A stretch of 64,000 nt of DNA from IMG/VR virus record IMGVR_UViG_3300031758_009617; one strand, given 5' to 3'. The DNA comes from an uncultured virus (IMG/VR IMGVR_UViG_3300031758_009617) (taxonomy: Duplodnaviria; Heunggongvirae; Uroviricota; Caudoviricetes). The notes beneath the pieces were generated by a model. The model saw nothing but the letters and a program-made list of their open reading frames with translations, was not told the DNA's origin and did not search any database. The translations under genes were made by a program, and so were the position numbers. Shown here piece after piece: positions 1 to 8,863 of the stretch. The stretch's first letter is position 1. Each line of letters begins with the position of its first letter.

Positions 1-1764
1 GTTCTTATCCAACTGTGAGAAATGTTGTTCAACCAACTTATCCAATGTGATGTAACAACTATCAGTATCGGAATAGAAAGTATACTCCACATTAGTCGTT
101 CCGCATGTCTTGTTCAGATAATCATTCAATGCTCGACCAATATGTTGAATGATGTATTGTCCTGTCAACGTGATACCTTCGGCAATTCTATCATCATAGA
201 AACGAAAGTATTGATTTGCCCAGGCACCATATAAACTATTCAACTGAATCTTACGAGCCATTTGAATGTTGTTATATTTGGAAATCAATTTTACCTGTTC
301 AACATCCTTTGTCTTTTCATATTCCTTCTGTGCCTCAATCATCTTCTTCTTGTAGAACACACGTTCACTGAAAATCTTTTCGACAATTTCTGGGAATAAT
401 CCTTGATGTGTTTGTGTATAACAATAGCCATTTGCTGCCATTGCCACATTCTTGTCATGGAGCTGACCAACGTGTTCCGTATGTCCTGCCAAAAGTTTTT
501 CAGGTGTGATGTCTAGTGATGCACCCGTTACCATTGTTTCAGGACTCATGTTATACTGCATGATGATGCTAGGATATAGTGATGCCGCGTCGAAGCTCAC
601 AACCCAATCATACTTACCCGGCACGGGTTCTTTCACATAGGCACCGGCAATTGTTCTACCTTCGTGATGTTCCTTTTGATGAACAATAATATTCTTTGCC
701 CACAAATGATTGTGAAGAATACAATCCCAGGTTCGCACCGCCGAGAAGATGTCATTGAAGTTACACTTGGCATCATATGCCATCGTGATAACCAATTCAA
801 TCAACTTCATCTTATCTTCTAAGGCGTCAACCAGTTCTACGTCAACAACGTTATATTCCACAAACGATTGCCAATCATTTGTATAATGATCCTTGAATGT
901 TTCATATTCCGTTTCTAGTTTCTTTCTTCCCAATTCCTGCTGTGCGATATAATCGAGCTTATAACTTTCTTGTGCCGAGTATGTAAACTTCTTATACAAG
1001 TCCAAATAATCTAAGCTACTCACACCAAAAATATCAGCCGTGAGAAATTCACGACCATTCATCGTGATGTATCGTTCATTAACAATACGCCATGGCGACA
1101 AATCCTTAATTTTATCCTCACCCAAAACTCTCTTGATACGAACCAGAAGATAAGGCATATCGAATAGCTGTGTGTTCCACCCTGTCACAACATCAGGAGT
1201 TGTGGCTTGCCAGAAACGAAGAAATGTGCTGAGCAAATCTGCTTCATCACGACACTTCACATATTCGAAATTGTTCTTATTGGAAATATGCTTGATGTTT
1301 TCAATGTCAAACTTTTTTGCGCCAAAGGTTGTAATCTTCTTTGTGTTGTTATCTTGTACTGTGATGAGCAAGACTTCCTCGATGGGATTGTCAATACTCG
1401 GAAAGCCATTCTCTGAGGCTGTCTCAATGTCGAGTGAGAAGATGGTGAGCTGACTAATATCATAATCAACCTCAGTAGGATATTTCTCTGTGATGTACTG
1501 ATAGGCAAAAGAAGTGTTACCGAAGATGGGGAAGTTTTCTACTTCCTTATATTTCTTCATGAATTCTTTTGCTTCGTTGATGTCACCAAATTGAATAGGC
1601 TCTAGATTATCACCAAACAAACTTTTATGTTTTGTTTCAGTCTGCGCCTTAATGAACATCGTGGGGCGGAATTCCACCTTGTGGTTGTCACGCTTGCCGT
1701 TTTTAATTTCACGGACAAGAATTCTATTACCATATTGTAATACGTTCGTGTAGAAATTCTTCAT
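1..1764 (-). CDS. 43: T4-like family B DNA polymerase gp43, N-terminal part (runs off the left edge)
   Basis: Missing from the ORF track because there is no stop in the window. Manual translation from ATG at 1764 gives MKNFYTNVLQYGNRILVRE..., ExoI FSLDIET, motif A WVVSFDAASLYPSII, motif B KIQLNSLYGA. Lies downstream of regA/Hsp20. Confidence 0.97.
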   Translation of the reverse strand, partial: MKNFYTNVLQYGNRILVREIKNGKRDNHKVEFRPTMFIKAQTETKHKSLFGDNLEPIQFGDINEAKEFMKKYKEVENFPIFGNTSFAYQYITEKYPTEVDYDISQLTIFSLDIETASENGFPSIDNPIEEVLLITVQDNNTKKITTFGAKKFDIENIKHISNKNNFEYVKCRDEADLLSTFLRFWQATTPDVVTGWNTQLFDMPYLLVRIKRVLGEDKIKDLSPWRIVNERYITMNGREFLTADIFGVSSLDYLDLYKKFTYSAQESYKLDYIAQQELGRKKLETEYETFKDHYTNDWQSFVEYNVVDVELVDALEDKMKLIELVITMAYDAKCNFNDIFSAVRTWDCILHNHLWAKNIIVHQKEHHEGRTIAGAYVKEPVPGKYDWVVSFDAASLYPSIIMQYNMSPETMVTGASLDITPEKLLAGHTEHVGQLHDKNVAMAANGYCYTQTHQGLFPEIVEKIFSERVFYKKKMIEAQKEYEKTKDVEQVKLISKYNNIQMARKIQLNSLYGAWANQYFRFYDDRIAEGITLTGQYIIQHIGRALNDYLNKTCGTTNVEYTFYSDTDSCYITLDKLVEQHFSQLDKN

Positions 1765-1806
1765 TCAACCTCTCCCGGGTCTTGAATGTTTTTAAGATAT
1801 GTATGA

Positions 1807-1834
1807 AATATAACATGATGCCACACTTTGTCAA
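1807..1834 (-). promoter_or_regulatory. Sigma70-type promoter upstream of gp43
   Basis: Minus strand TTGACA-N16-TATATT with TG extended -10. Confidence 0.6.
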
Positions 1835-1842
1835 GTAGGCAG

Positions 1843-1868
1843 GAAACCTCCCGTCTCCGAGAGGTTTC
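1843..1868 (-). terminator. Stem-loop after 1875..2171 (terminator-like, weak U tract)
   Basis: Minus strand GAAACCTCTCG-GAGA-CGGGAGGTTTC, 11-bp stem with GNRA loop. Confidence 0.5.
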
Positions 1869-1874
1869 AATGTG

Positions 1875-2171
1875 TTAGACTAGTTCTAACTTTGGGCGTT
1901 CAGGAAGAACAATACCCTTGCCTGTAATCCTATTGTATTCATTCTTCAATTGGTCGGCTGCTTCATATACCAGCACAACATGTTCACGGGAATATGAAAA
2001 CTTCTTGGAGGCAGCAAACGGAAGAAATGGTGCAAGACCAACAGAGTATTGATGTTCTTGGGTTGGGATGAGCACAACCGCACATGGTGTTTCGATGGTG
2101 AGTGAATCACCTTGTACTTCAACGTCACCAATCAAATCTTCGCCTGTAACTAACTTGATGCATTTAATCAT
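1875..2171 (-). CDS. Conserved small T4-like hypothetical protein found upstream of gp43
   Basis: MIKCIKLVTGEDLIG start; located between Hsp20 and gp43 as in environmental T4-like phages. Confidence 0.7.
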   Translation of the reverse strand: MIKCIKLVTGEDLIGDVEVQGDSLTIETPCAVVLIPTQEHQYSVGLAPFLPFAASKKFSYSREHVVLVYEAADQLKNEYNRITGKGIVLPERPKLELV

Positions 2172-2210
2172 TATAAACTCAACTGTAAGGGTGTTAGGAG
2201 GATTATTTAA

Positions 2211-2639
2211 TTACAAAATGTCAATCTTCCGAGGCTTCTTATCCTCGGGGACGATGCGTTCCAAATCAATGGTGAGAACACCATCAACAAGTGACGCATC
2301 ACGAACAACTACATCATCAGCGAGTGTCCACTTGCGAGTGAACGCACGCTTTGCCAAACCGCGATGGACATATTCCACTTCGGTTTCTGAAGTTTCTGTC
2401 TTTGCTGAAATGGTAAGAACTCCCTCAGCCAATTCAACATCAAGTTCATTCCGCTTGAAACCTGCCACGGCAAGTTCGATGCTCCAATGCTCAGCATCAT
2501 GCTTAACGATGTTGTATGGGGGATAATTGCTTGCACTATTAACCGATTCAATGGTATGAAAACGGTCCCATAGACTATCAAAGCCAATAGCCCATGGTGT
2601 ATTAAGAGAAGCAGAGTTAAAAGTAAAGGTACGTGTCAT
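2211..2639 (-). CDS. hsp20: Small heat-shock protein Hsp20 (IbpA-like)
   Basis: NYPPYNI, ELAVAGF, HRGLAKRAFTRKW, DGVLTIDLERIVPEDKKPRKIDI; GGAGG RBS. Confidence 0.95.
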   Translation of the reverse strand: MTRTFTFNSASLNTPWAIGFDSLWDRFHTIESVNSASNYPPYNIVKHDAEHWSIELAVAGFKRNELDVELAEGVLTISAKTETSETEVEYVHRGLAKRAFTRKWTLADDVVVRDASLVDGVLTIDLERIVPEDKKPRKIDIL

Positions 2640-2693
2640 AATTCCTCCTTTGAGCGAATGTGTTAGTGATACCCTTTCGGCGTATCTAAGGTT

Positions 2694-2722
2694 AAGTTAA
2701 CTCCTAACACCCCTACAGTCAA
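2694..2722 (-). promoter_or_regulatory. Sigma70-type promoter upstream of hsp20
   Basis: Minus strand TTGACT-N17-TAACTT. Confidence 0.5.
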
Positions 2723-2725
2723 GTC

Positions 2726-3145
2726 TTATTTCTTTTTTCCAATATTATATTTTGCTACTAAATTCCAATTGTTCTTTTCACCAAATGCAAGTACTTTGAT
2801 TTGTGATAACGGTGCGGTATCTTCACATAGGTCTGGGTTCACAATGTCAACCAATCCCCAATCTTCAAGAAGATGAGCAACTGTATTACGTCTGTGTAAA
2901 TCGTTATCTGATAAATCAGCATGCTTACCGTCAAGGGCAAAAAGTTCCTTAAAGTGAACAATGAAATATCTGCCTTGCTTATGTAAGATGTGACAGCTTT
3001 GGTATAGTGTTTGATCCTTTCGTGAGGCAACACCAATACGTGTTAATGTTTCACGAACCTTCAAGAAGTCATCCGGATTCACCAATTTAACTTCTAATGG
3101 TTCATACCCAGGAATTGCGGGTATATTTATTAAATCATGCGCCAT
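2726..3145 (-). CDS. regA: RegA translational repressor
   Basis: DFLKVRETLTRIGVAS...LYQSCHILHKQGRYFIVHFKELFALDG; follows gp62. Confidence 0.97.
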   Translation of the reverse strand: MAHDLINIPAIPGYEPLEVKLVNPDDFLKVRETLTRIGVASRKDQTLYQSCHILHKQGRYFIVHFKELFALDGKHADLSDNDLHRRNTVAHLLEDWGLVDIVNPDLCEDTAPLSQIKVLAFGEKNNWNLVAKYNIGKKK

Positions 3146-3584
3146 TTGTCAATCCACCTGTGTTCAATTTTTCTTTAATTGTGAGAATTTGTTCTGGCGT
3201 TAAAAGAGCAAGAGCCTGAAATGCTTTCTCAGTATTGTATTTATAATACTGTTTAACCACATCAATATCTTCGACTTTTTCAGCCTTCAACCACTTGTTG
3301 AATCTCTTTCGAGGTCTCACTATATTTATAAGAAAATCAAACTGGAGGCGTTTCTCCAGATGGGGACGACTATTCATTTCATTGGCAGCAATTACTGTGT
3401 CTGCCCCGAAACTTAAACTCTTGTTTACAAGATAGGGATTATACTGCTTCTCACTCCACTCATCCACAATGAGTGCATCCTTAGAGTAATGAATGGCATT
3501 CACAAAATCGAAAGGACTAATTTTCGGAGTTTTATATTCCTCAATTTTTTCTTCTACGATTTCTTCGCCATCAAGATTTATCAT
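3135..3584 (-). CDS. 62: Clamp loader small subunit gp62
   Basis: YNPYLVNKSLS, ANEMN, QFDFLINIVRPRKRFNKWLK; synteny 45-44-62-regA. Confidence 0.93.
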   Translation of the reverse strand: MINLDGEEIVEEKIEEYKTPKISPFDFVNAIHYSKDALIVDEWSEKQYNPYLVNKSLSFGADTVIAANEMNSRPHLEKRLQFDFLINIVRPRKRFNKWLKAEKVEDIDVVKQYYKYNTEKAFQALALLTPEQILTIKEKLNTGGLTNGA

Positions 3585-4062
3585 GTGCCAGTAGGTCTAA
3601 TGTGGAAATTTCTTCGTGCATCTTAAAGTTTCTATATCCTCGTTCTGTGATGAATTCAACATCAAACGAAGGATTTTTATCTACATTGATAGTACTCTTT
3701 CCCCGATAGAAATCTAACGGATACAGATAGACATTTGAAGTGTCAACATCAACCCCAAGAAGAAAATCAATACCACATTTGGCATAATCTGTCTTTTTTC
3801 TTTTTGAGCCCTTGTCCCTACCATTTCCTTTAGCATATGTTTCAACACTTCTATTTTTACTAGTTAATGACTTTACTTGTACCAGTAAAGACTTTCCTGT
3901 TCGGGGATGACGAATCAATAAATCATATGGAGAGGATGGATTCTCAGGAGTTGATGTCTCCCAACCTCGATAAATGAAATATGTCTTAGCCATTAGTTGT
4001 GTGATTTGTCCTTTTTCATGGTCAGTCACAAATGTCGAATAAGAACTGGGAATAAGATTCAT
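3571..4062 (-). mobile_element. Free-standing PD-(D/E)XK endonuclease, probable homing endonuclease
   Basis: KGQITQ...YDLLI...VQVKS...IDFLLGVD pattern resembles intron-associated PD-(D/E)XK nucleases; interrupts the normally adjacent 44-62 pair. Confidence 0.65.
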
Positions 4063-4074
4063 AGTATTCTCCTA

Positions 4075-5016
4075 TTACTTCATCTCACATGCTGCCATGA
4101 TTTCTGTCAGACATGCTACTAGATTAATTTCAGCATCGGCAACGAACGCCGCCTTGTATTGATAATCAGCCAATAGCAATACCAACTGAGGAACTTGAAC
4201 CACCTCAGTGAGTAACGTATCATACAACTTTCGAAAGAGCATGTTCGGATCGTTGTCCATGTTGTTCACAACCCAACCGCGCATCTTCTTGAAATCCTTT
4301 TCACGGAGAGCCGTGAGAAGTTCCTTCATGTTTGCATCACTGATGTTCGTGAGAATACCTGCATCAATATTACCCGATGAGGCATATCGTTGCAACTCAT
4401 TTAATACACGCCGATAATCAGGGAAGTGCTTATTTAACACCTCAGCAACAGCTTTCGGATCAAACGTGACTTGTTCTTCCTTCAAGATGTCTGATACTCT
4501 CTTAAAGAATTTCGCCGCCATGGCAGGCTTATCATCCTTTGAGAGTTTGAAATCCACCACGGTGGTTCTACTGTGTAGTGGAGGAATAATTCTATTTTTG
4601 TAATTACAAGTGAAAATGAACCGACAATTCTTACTAAACTCCTCAATGAAACCACGAAGTGCGGGTTGTGTGGAATTAGGATTTAAATAATCTGCCTCAT
4701 CAAGAATCACGACCTTTGTTTTACCAGCCAAAGAAACTGTACTGGCAAAATCTTTAATCTTGGTTCTGAGTACATCAATACCTGATTCCTCAGATCCGTT
4801 GATAATAATATACTCACATCCTAATTCTTCACACAAAGCCCGGGCTATCGTGGTCTTACCTGTCCCTGCTGTACCCGCCAAGAGCATGTTAGGAATATTA
4901 TCCTTATCCACAAACTCTTGGAACGTGTTCTTCAATGTCTGCGGAAGAATACAATCAGAAATTTTCCGCGGACGATACTTTTCAACCCAAAGAAACTGCT
5001 CACGATTTGCTTCCAT
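4075..5016 (-). CDS. 44: Clamp loader large subunit gp44
   Basis: LWVEKYRP, Walker A GTAGTGKTT, Walker B ILDEADYL, QPALRGFIEEF. Confidence 0.98.
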   Translation of the reverse strand: MEANREQFLWVEKYRPRKISDCILPQTLKNTFQEFVDKDNIPNMLLAGTAGTGKTTIARALCEELGCEYIIINGSEESGIDVLRTKIKDFASTVSLAGKTKVVILDEADYLNPNSTQPALRGFIEEFSKNCRFIFTCNYKNRIIPPLHSRTTVVDFKLSKDDKPAMAAKFFKRVSDILKEEQVTFDPKAVAEVLNKHFPDYRRVLNELQRYASSGNIDAGILTNISDANMKELLTALREKDFKKMRGWVVNNMDNDPNMLFRKLYDTLLTEVVQVPQLVLLLADYQYKAAFVADAEINLVACLTEIMAACEMK

Positions 5017-5022
5017 AATATA

Positions 5023-5703
5023 TTACACCTTTGATGTAGTGTCGGCTGCAATCAAATATGTTAGTTCAGAAGTTGTAGATTCAAAGAAAAATACCAATAC
5101 CTTACCTGCCTTGGCGATGGCGTGTGATACATGCACCTTATACTCACCAGGAACAATCTTGAATGTATCAATTGCCATCTTGACATCAAACGACACATCA
5201 CTGTCACCCAAAGGTTGCGTGAATGAATGTGATGTAGAATTCTTCGGATCATTCACAAACAATGTCACCTTACCATTCTTTGATACGATGTTCATCATTG
5301 TGGCAGATACAACCGAAGCCGTCTTGACAATCATGTTAATGTCAGATGCCGTGAGCTTAAAGGAGTACAAGTGTTCAAGCTGCGGAGGATTATCAGACGG
5401 AGCTGCTACAAGACTCTCATCTGCAAACTTGAATGAATGATTACGCCCATCACCATGTTGAATGACCAGATGCTTCTCATGAAACTCAATGTCTGGTGTC
5501 TGTGACATTGAAAGAAGTGTTAGAAGCTGTGTCAAATCGTAAATAGCGAACTGCTGAGGAAACGTTTCCTCGACAACAGCCCGTGCCTGAATACTATTTA
5601 CTGCATTACGAGTTGCCAACTTATTACCCGCCTTCACTAGAAGGTTAGGACTAATCTGTGCGAAACTCTGTAGCAGTGATACCGTCTTGGAACTAATCTT
5701 CAT
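5023..5703 (-). CDS. 45: Sliding clamp gp45
   Basis: MKISSKTVSLLQSFAQISPNL...FPQQFAIYDL; GAGGAG RBS supports the start at 5703; precedes gp44. Confidence 0.9.
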   Translation of the reverse strand: MKISSKTVSLLQSFAQISPNLLVKAGNKLATRNAVNSIQARAVVEETFPQQFAIYDLTQLLTLLSMSQTPDIEFHEKHLVIQHGDGRNHSFKFADESLVAAPSDNPPQLEHLYSFKLTASDINMIVKTASVVSATMMNIVSKNGKVTLFVNDPKNSTSHSFTQPLGDSDVSFDVKMAIDTFKIVPGEYKVHVSHAIAKAGKVLVFFFESTTSELTYLIAADTTSKV

Positions 5704-5980
5704 GTTGTTTCTCCTCAATGTAAGTGTCATGTACGTATAGTAACATAATAGCGTAGTGAATGATTTTCAAGATGTCATCACGATTATGTCCATTCTTTTT
5801 TCCATATCGTTGAGCATACTTCATGATGTTACCTACAGTAAACCCAACACCGTGACCATTATCAAAAATGAATTCAGATGCTTGAAACTTGTTTCGTGAA
5901 TAATGTTGGGTATAGGTCTTATTAATGTACGCCTGAATTTCCTGAAGGATTCTATCCTCAGAATAGCGATAATTGAGCAT
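5693..5980 (-). CDS. Conserved phage protein (DUF3310-like)
   Basis: TYTQHYS...GFTVGNIMKYAQRYGKKNG...DILKIIHYA. Confidence 0.7.
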   Translation of the reverse strand: MLNYRYSEDRILQEIQAYINKTYTQHYSRNKFQASEFIFDNGHGVGFTVGNIMKYAQRYGKKNGHNRDDILKIIHYAIMLLYVHDTYIEEKQHED

Positions 5981-6024
5981 CTTCACCGTTCCTGATATTT
6001 TTGTAGCGGGAATGGTTGTCTGCA

Positions 6025-6387
6025 TTATGCCTGTACCACAGGATATTGTCCACCTTCAGCATCAGACAACGTGCGATACCATCCATTGCAGTTACGGAGC
6101 TTGCCCGGTGCACCTGAGACTTCACAAATTGTAAAGCTACGCCGTTCAGCGTCACGAATTTTTTCATCCAAAACATCATGAATCAGGTCGGTGTAGATGC
6201 GAAGTCCGCCCCACTTCTCCTTCACTTGGATGATACGAATGTTCGTAATCTTTTGCTGTTCAATGAAATCAAATACTTCATTGATGAGTGATGCCCAACC
6301 CTTTCCCACTGACTCTAGAGCAAGAGCCCTGTCATATCCTTCATACACAACAAACGTGGGATACCTCGGTGATGCTGCCTTAGCCAT
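6025..6387 (-). CDS. Conserved hypothetical phage protein
   Basis: QVKEKWGGLRIY...ICEVSGAPG...GWYRTL motif set; GAGGAG RBS. Confidence 0.7.
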   Translation of the reverse strand: MAKAASPRYPTFVVYEGYDRALALESVGKGWASLINEVFDFIEQQKITNIRIIQVKEKWGGLRIYTDLIHDVLDEKIRDAERRSFTICEVSGAPGKLRNCNGWYRTLSDAEGGQYPVVQA

Positions 6388-6522
6388 AATTATTTCTCCT
6401 CAATTAAATCTTCAACAACAGAATCCGGAATATTTAACATCCGGTGTGGATCCTTCATATTAATACGCGATATTACTTTTTGGTTTGTATGTTCCCAAAT
6501 GCCTCGTAAATAGGCCTTCTTT

Positions 6523-6551
6523 AACATAACAAGTAGTTCGTCCTTTGTCAA
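6523..6551 (-). promoter_or_regulatory. Sigma70-type promoter
   Basis: Minus strand TTGACA-N17-TATGTT with TG extension. Confidence 0.6.
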
Positions 6552-6558
6552 GTTCATA

Positions 6559-6831
6559 TTAACCATTAAAGAATGTTGCAGAAATCCAAATACCTAAGTA
6601 ACTACCACCCACACTACCCAAGGCATATCCTAACCATTGATGCCACTTATCTTGACCCTGAGCAATTTTTCGAATCACAAAAAATTGTATAGACGCGAGC
6701 ATAAAATCACTGGCTGCTGCGGTATGATAATGTGTATCGGCAACTGCACGAAAGTTAATACACCATATGGAATAATTCAAGAGCTGAATTAAAAATAGTA
6801 CACCCGCTTCTTTAAGTTTTGTCAATTTCAT
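6559..6831 (-). CDS. Small membrane protein
   Basis: Three hydrophobic segments, C-terminal GYALGSVGGSYLG; start overlaps the upstream stop. Confidence 0.65.
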   Translation of the reverse strand: MKLTKLKEAGVLFLIQLLNYSIWCINFRAVADTHYHTAAASDFMLASIQFFVIRKIAQGQDKWHQWLGYALGSVGGSYLGIWISATFFNG

Positions 6832-6983
6832 AGTTTCTTCAAAGTTTTCCGTATCCGATAAACGTCCCATTTAACCCACGCCATCATAATAGCATAAAAT
6901 AGAAAAAGCACACCAAAAATTGCCACGAACATAATCATGTCAGCCAGGACTTTTGCAATCCAGAATTTGATAGCGGTAATCAT
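6828..6983 (-). CDS. Small single-pass membrane protein
   Basis: Hydrophobic stretch MIMFVAIFGVLFLFYAIMMAW; ATGA overlaps on both sides. Confidence 0.5.
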   Translation of the reverse strand: MITAIKFWIAKVLADMIMFVAIFGVLFLFYAIMMAWVKWDVYRIRKTLKKL

Positions 6984-7591
6984 AGATGCATCTCCTTGAT
7001 GTAATCCCACACAATGATATTCATGGCAGCACTCACGTTAAACGAACGAAGGACTCCACGTTGAGGAATACTCACTTTATAAAAGTGTTCATTAGTAGTT
7101 ATTAGCGGAGGAATACCATGACTCTCTGAACCGAATACGAACAACGGATTTATTATTTCTTCCGAATATTTCAACGCCATTTTTCGTGATCCAATTTCAT
7201 CGCCGCCCTGTTCACACAACACCACAGTGTTCCACTTCAACATATATTCCAATCGTTCATTGATTTCGGCGTCGGCGTGTATCGGGTCGTCATAACTATA
7301 TTGAACGATGTTAATATAATTCTCAGCACCAACTGTGCTGCGTCTGTCAAACTTATTACGCCCAAAGATATAGAAATTCTCTGCACCCAATAGACACGCT
7401 GACCGAATCATCATCCCAATGTTGAGTTCTCCTGTAATGTTAATACACCCCACCGAGAACTTCAAGTGTTCCTTATTGCAAATGGCAATGTTTTCTTCAA
7501 CACTATTATTCTTATATTCATCCCGAACATTATACATTTTACTATTTGTTTCAGCGATGATTTTAGAATAATTCACCATTGGGTTTTCCAT
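6980..7591 (-). CDS. SpoU/TrmH-family (SPOUT) RNA 2'-O-methyltransferase
   Basis: SPOUT motifs NIGMMIRSACLLG, FVFGSESHGI, VSIPQRGVLRSFNVSAA. Confidence 0.85.
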   Translation of the reverse strand: MENPMVNYSKIIAETNSKMYNVRDEYKNNSVEENIAICNKEHLKFSVGCINITGELNIGMMIRSACLLGAENFYIFGRNKFDRRSTVGAENYINIVQYSYDDPIHADAEINERLEYMLKWNTVVLCEQGGDEIGSRKMALKYSEEIINPLFVFGSESHGIPPLITTNEHFYKVSIPQRGVLRSFNVSAAMNIIVWDYIKEMHL

Positions 7592-7601
7592 ATATCACCT
7601 A

Positions 7602-8732
7602 TTAGAAGGGAATGTCATCGGGATACCCCTCAGCCTGTTCGGCTGGGGTCATCGTGACACCTGCATCCACCTTTGTATAGAGGTCGAGAAAGCTCGCCTT
7701 GGTCTCAGAATTGAATCGAGCAATACAGAGATTGATTGCCTTGAGACGGTCACCAAACATAGCGTAGGCGTTCACGATATGCTCCAGACGCCGCGTGGAG
7801 ATGAGTTCATCCACAGCACCCTCCATGAACGTCTTACGAATGATTTCTGCCCATGCCACCAGCTTGTCGGCAAAATCCTCATCCACCTTTTCCACACGCT
7901 CCATCTTCTTCATGATAATCTTCTTCTCCACCCGGGAGTTAGGATACTCCTGTTCGATGGTCACAGCGAAACGCTCGAGGAGTGCATCGTCCAGAATCTG
8001 TGCGGACATGTACTTACCATCGTCAGAACCCTGACCCTTGGTGTTACCCGTTGCCACGATATTGAAACCTGGGGCAGGGTGAATAATCTCGCCCGTCTTT
8101 TTATTGAAATACGGCTTTCCTTCAAGGATTGCCTGTAGGCACATCAGCTTGTTACTGCCGCGGTCGCTCTCGTCCAGAATGACCACAGCGCCGCGCTTCA
8201 TCCCAATGGTCACGGGACCTTCACGATACACCACGTTGCCATCCACAAGAGTATTGCCTCCAATGAGGTCATCCTCGTCAGTTTCAATGGTGACGTTGAC
8301 ACGGATACACTCACGCTTCAATGCGGCACACACCTGCTCCACCATGGTGGTCTTACCATTACCAGACAATCCTGTAATGAACACGGGATAGAATTGCTTG
8401 GAGGCGAGGATGGTCATGAGATCCTTATGAAACCCGAAAGGTACATAGGTGCTATCCTTGTTTGGTACAAGGTTGTCCACCTCAATCTTGAGCTTCGGCT
8501 GCGATAGATACATTGTAGATGCATTACTCACAATAGGTGCCTCTGCCTGAATAGGCGTATAATTTGAAGTGCTTGTAGGCGTGATGGCATAGACGCCGCG
8601 CCGAACCTTGTATGCTGGGTCATTCAAAAACACATTGGGACTTTCACCCACCTCACGGGCGACCGTGAGAACATCAGGACGAGAAAACTCGGTCTTACCA
8701 GTAGCGCGAAGGGCATCAATGAGTCGGGTCAT
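7602..8732 (-). CDS. cobS: CobS-like MoxR/AAA+ ATPase
   Basis: GLSGNGKT, ETDEDDLIGG, ILDESD, GNTKGQGSDDG, ISTRRL; typical of T4-like phage CobS. Confidence 0.9.
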   Translation of the reverse strand: MTRLIDALRATGKTEFSRPDVLTVAREVGESPNVFLNDPAYKVRRGVYAITPTSTSNYTPIQAEAPIVSNASTMYLSQPKLKIEVDNLVPNKDSTYVPFGFHKDLMTILASKQFYPVFITGLSGNGKTTMVEQVCAALKRECIRVNVTIETDEDDLIGGNTLVDGNVVYREGPVTIGMKRGAVVILDESDRGSNKLMCLQAILEGKPYFNKKTGEIIHPAPGFNIVATGNTKGQGSDDGKYMSAQILDDALLERFAVTIEQEYPNSRVEKKIIMKKMERVEKVDEDFADKLVAWAEIIRKTFMEGAVDELISTRRLEHIVNAYAMFGDRLKAINLCIARFNSETKASFLDLYTKVDAGVTMTPAEQAEGYPDDIPF

Positions 8733-8784
8733 GTTTACTCCTGTGTGCTTGAATGATGAAGTGTACATCTCAGATTATACTATA

Positions 8785-8813
8785 AATATAACACCATTTC
8801 TCTCGTCTGTCAA
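8785..8813 (-). promoter_or_regulatory. Sigma70-type promoter for the cobS-like gene
   Basis: TTGACA-N17-TATATT with TG extension. Confidence 0.7.
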
Positions 8814-8856
8814 GCCCTACGTAAGTGCTTATTTTTCAACAACTTACGTAGGGCTT
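8812..8856. repeat. Perfect 15-bp inverted repeat with 15-nt spacer (copy 1)
   Basis: AAGCCCTACGTAAGT-gcttatttttcaaca-ACTTACGTAGGGCTT. Confidence 0.9.
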
Positions 8857-8863
8857 CACAGTA

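Noticed and set aside
1..1764. Apparent non-coding or pseudogene region with only short ORFs in the track
   Set aside because: The minus-strand frame is gp43 running off the window; its motifs are intact and DAASLYPS still fits DxxSLYPS.
6390..6458. 22-aa micro-ORF MKDPHRMLNIPDSVVEDLIEEK upstream of 6025..6387
   Set aside because: Too short and has no clear RBS; cannot be supported from sequence alone.
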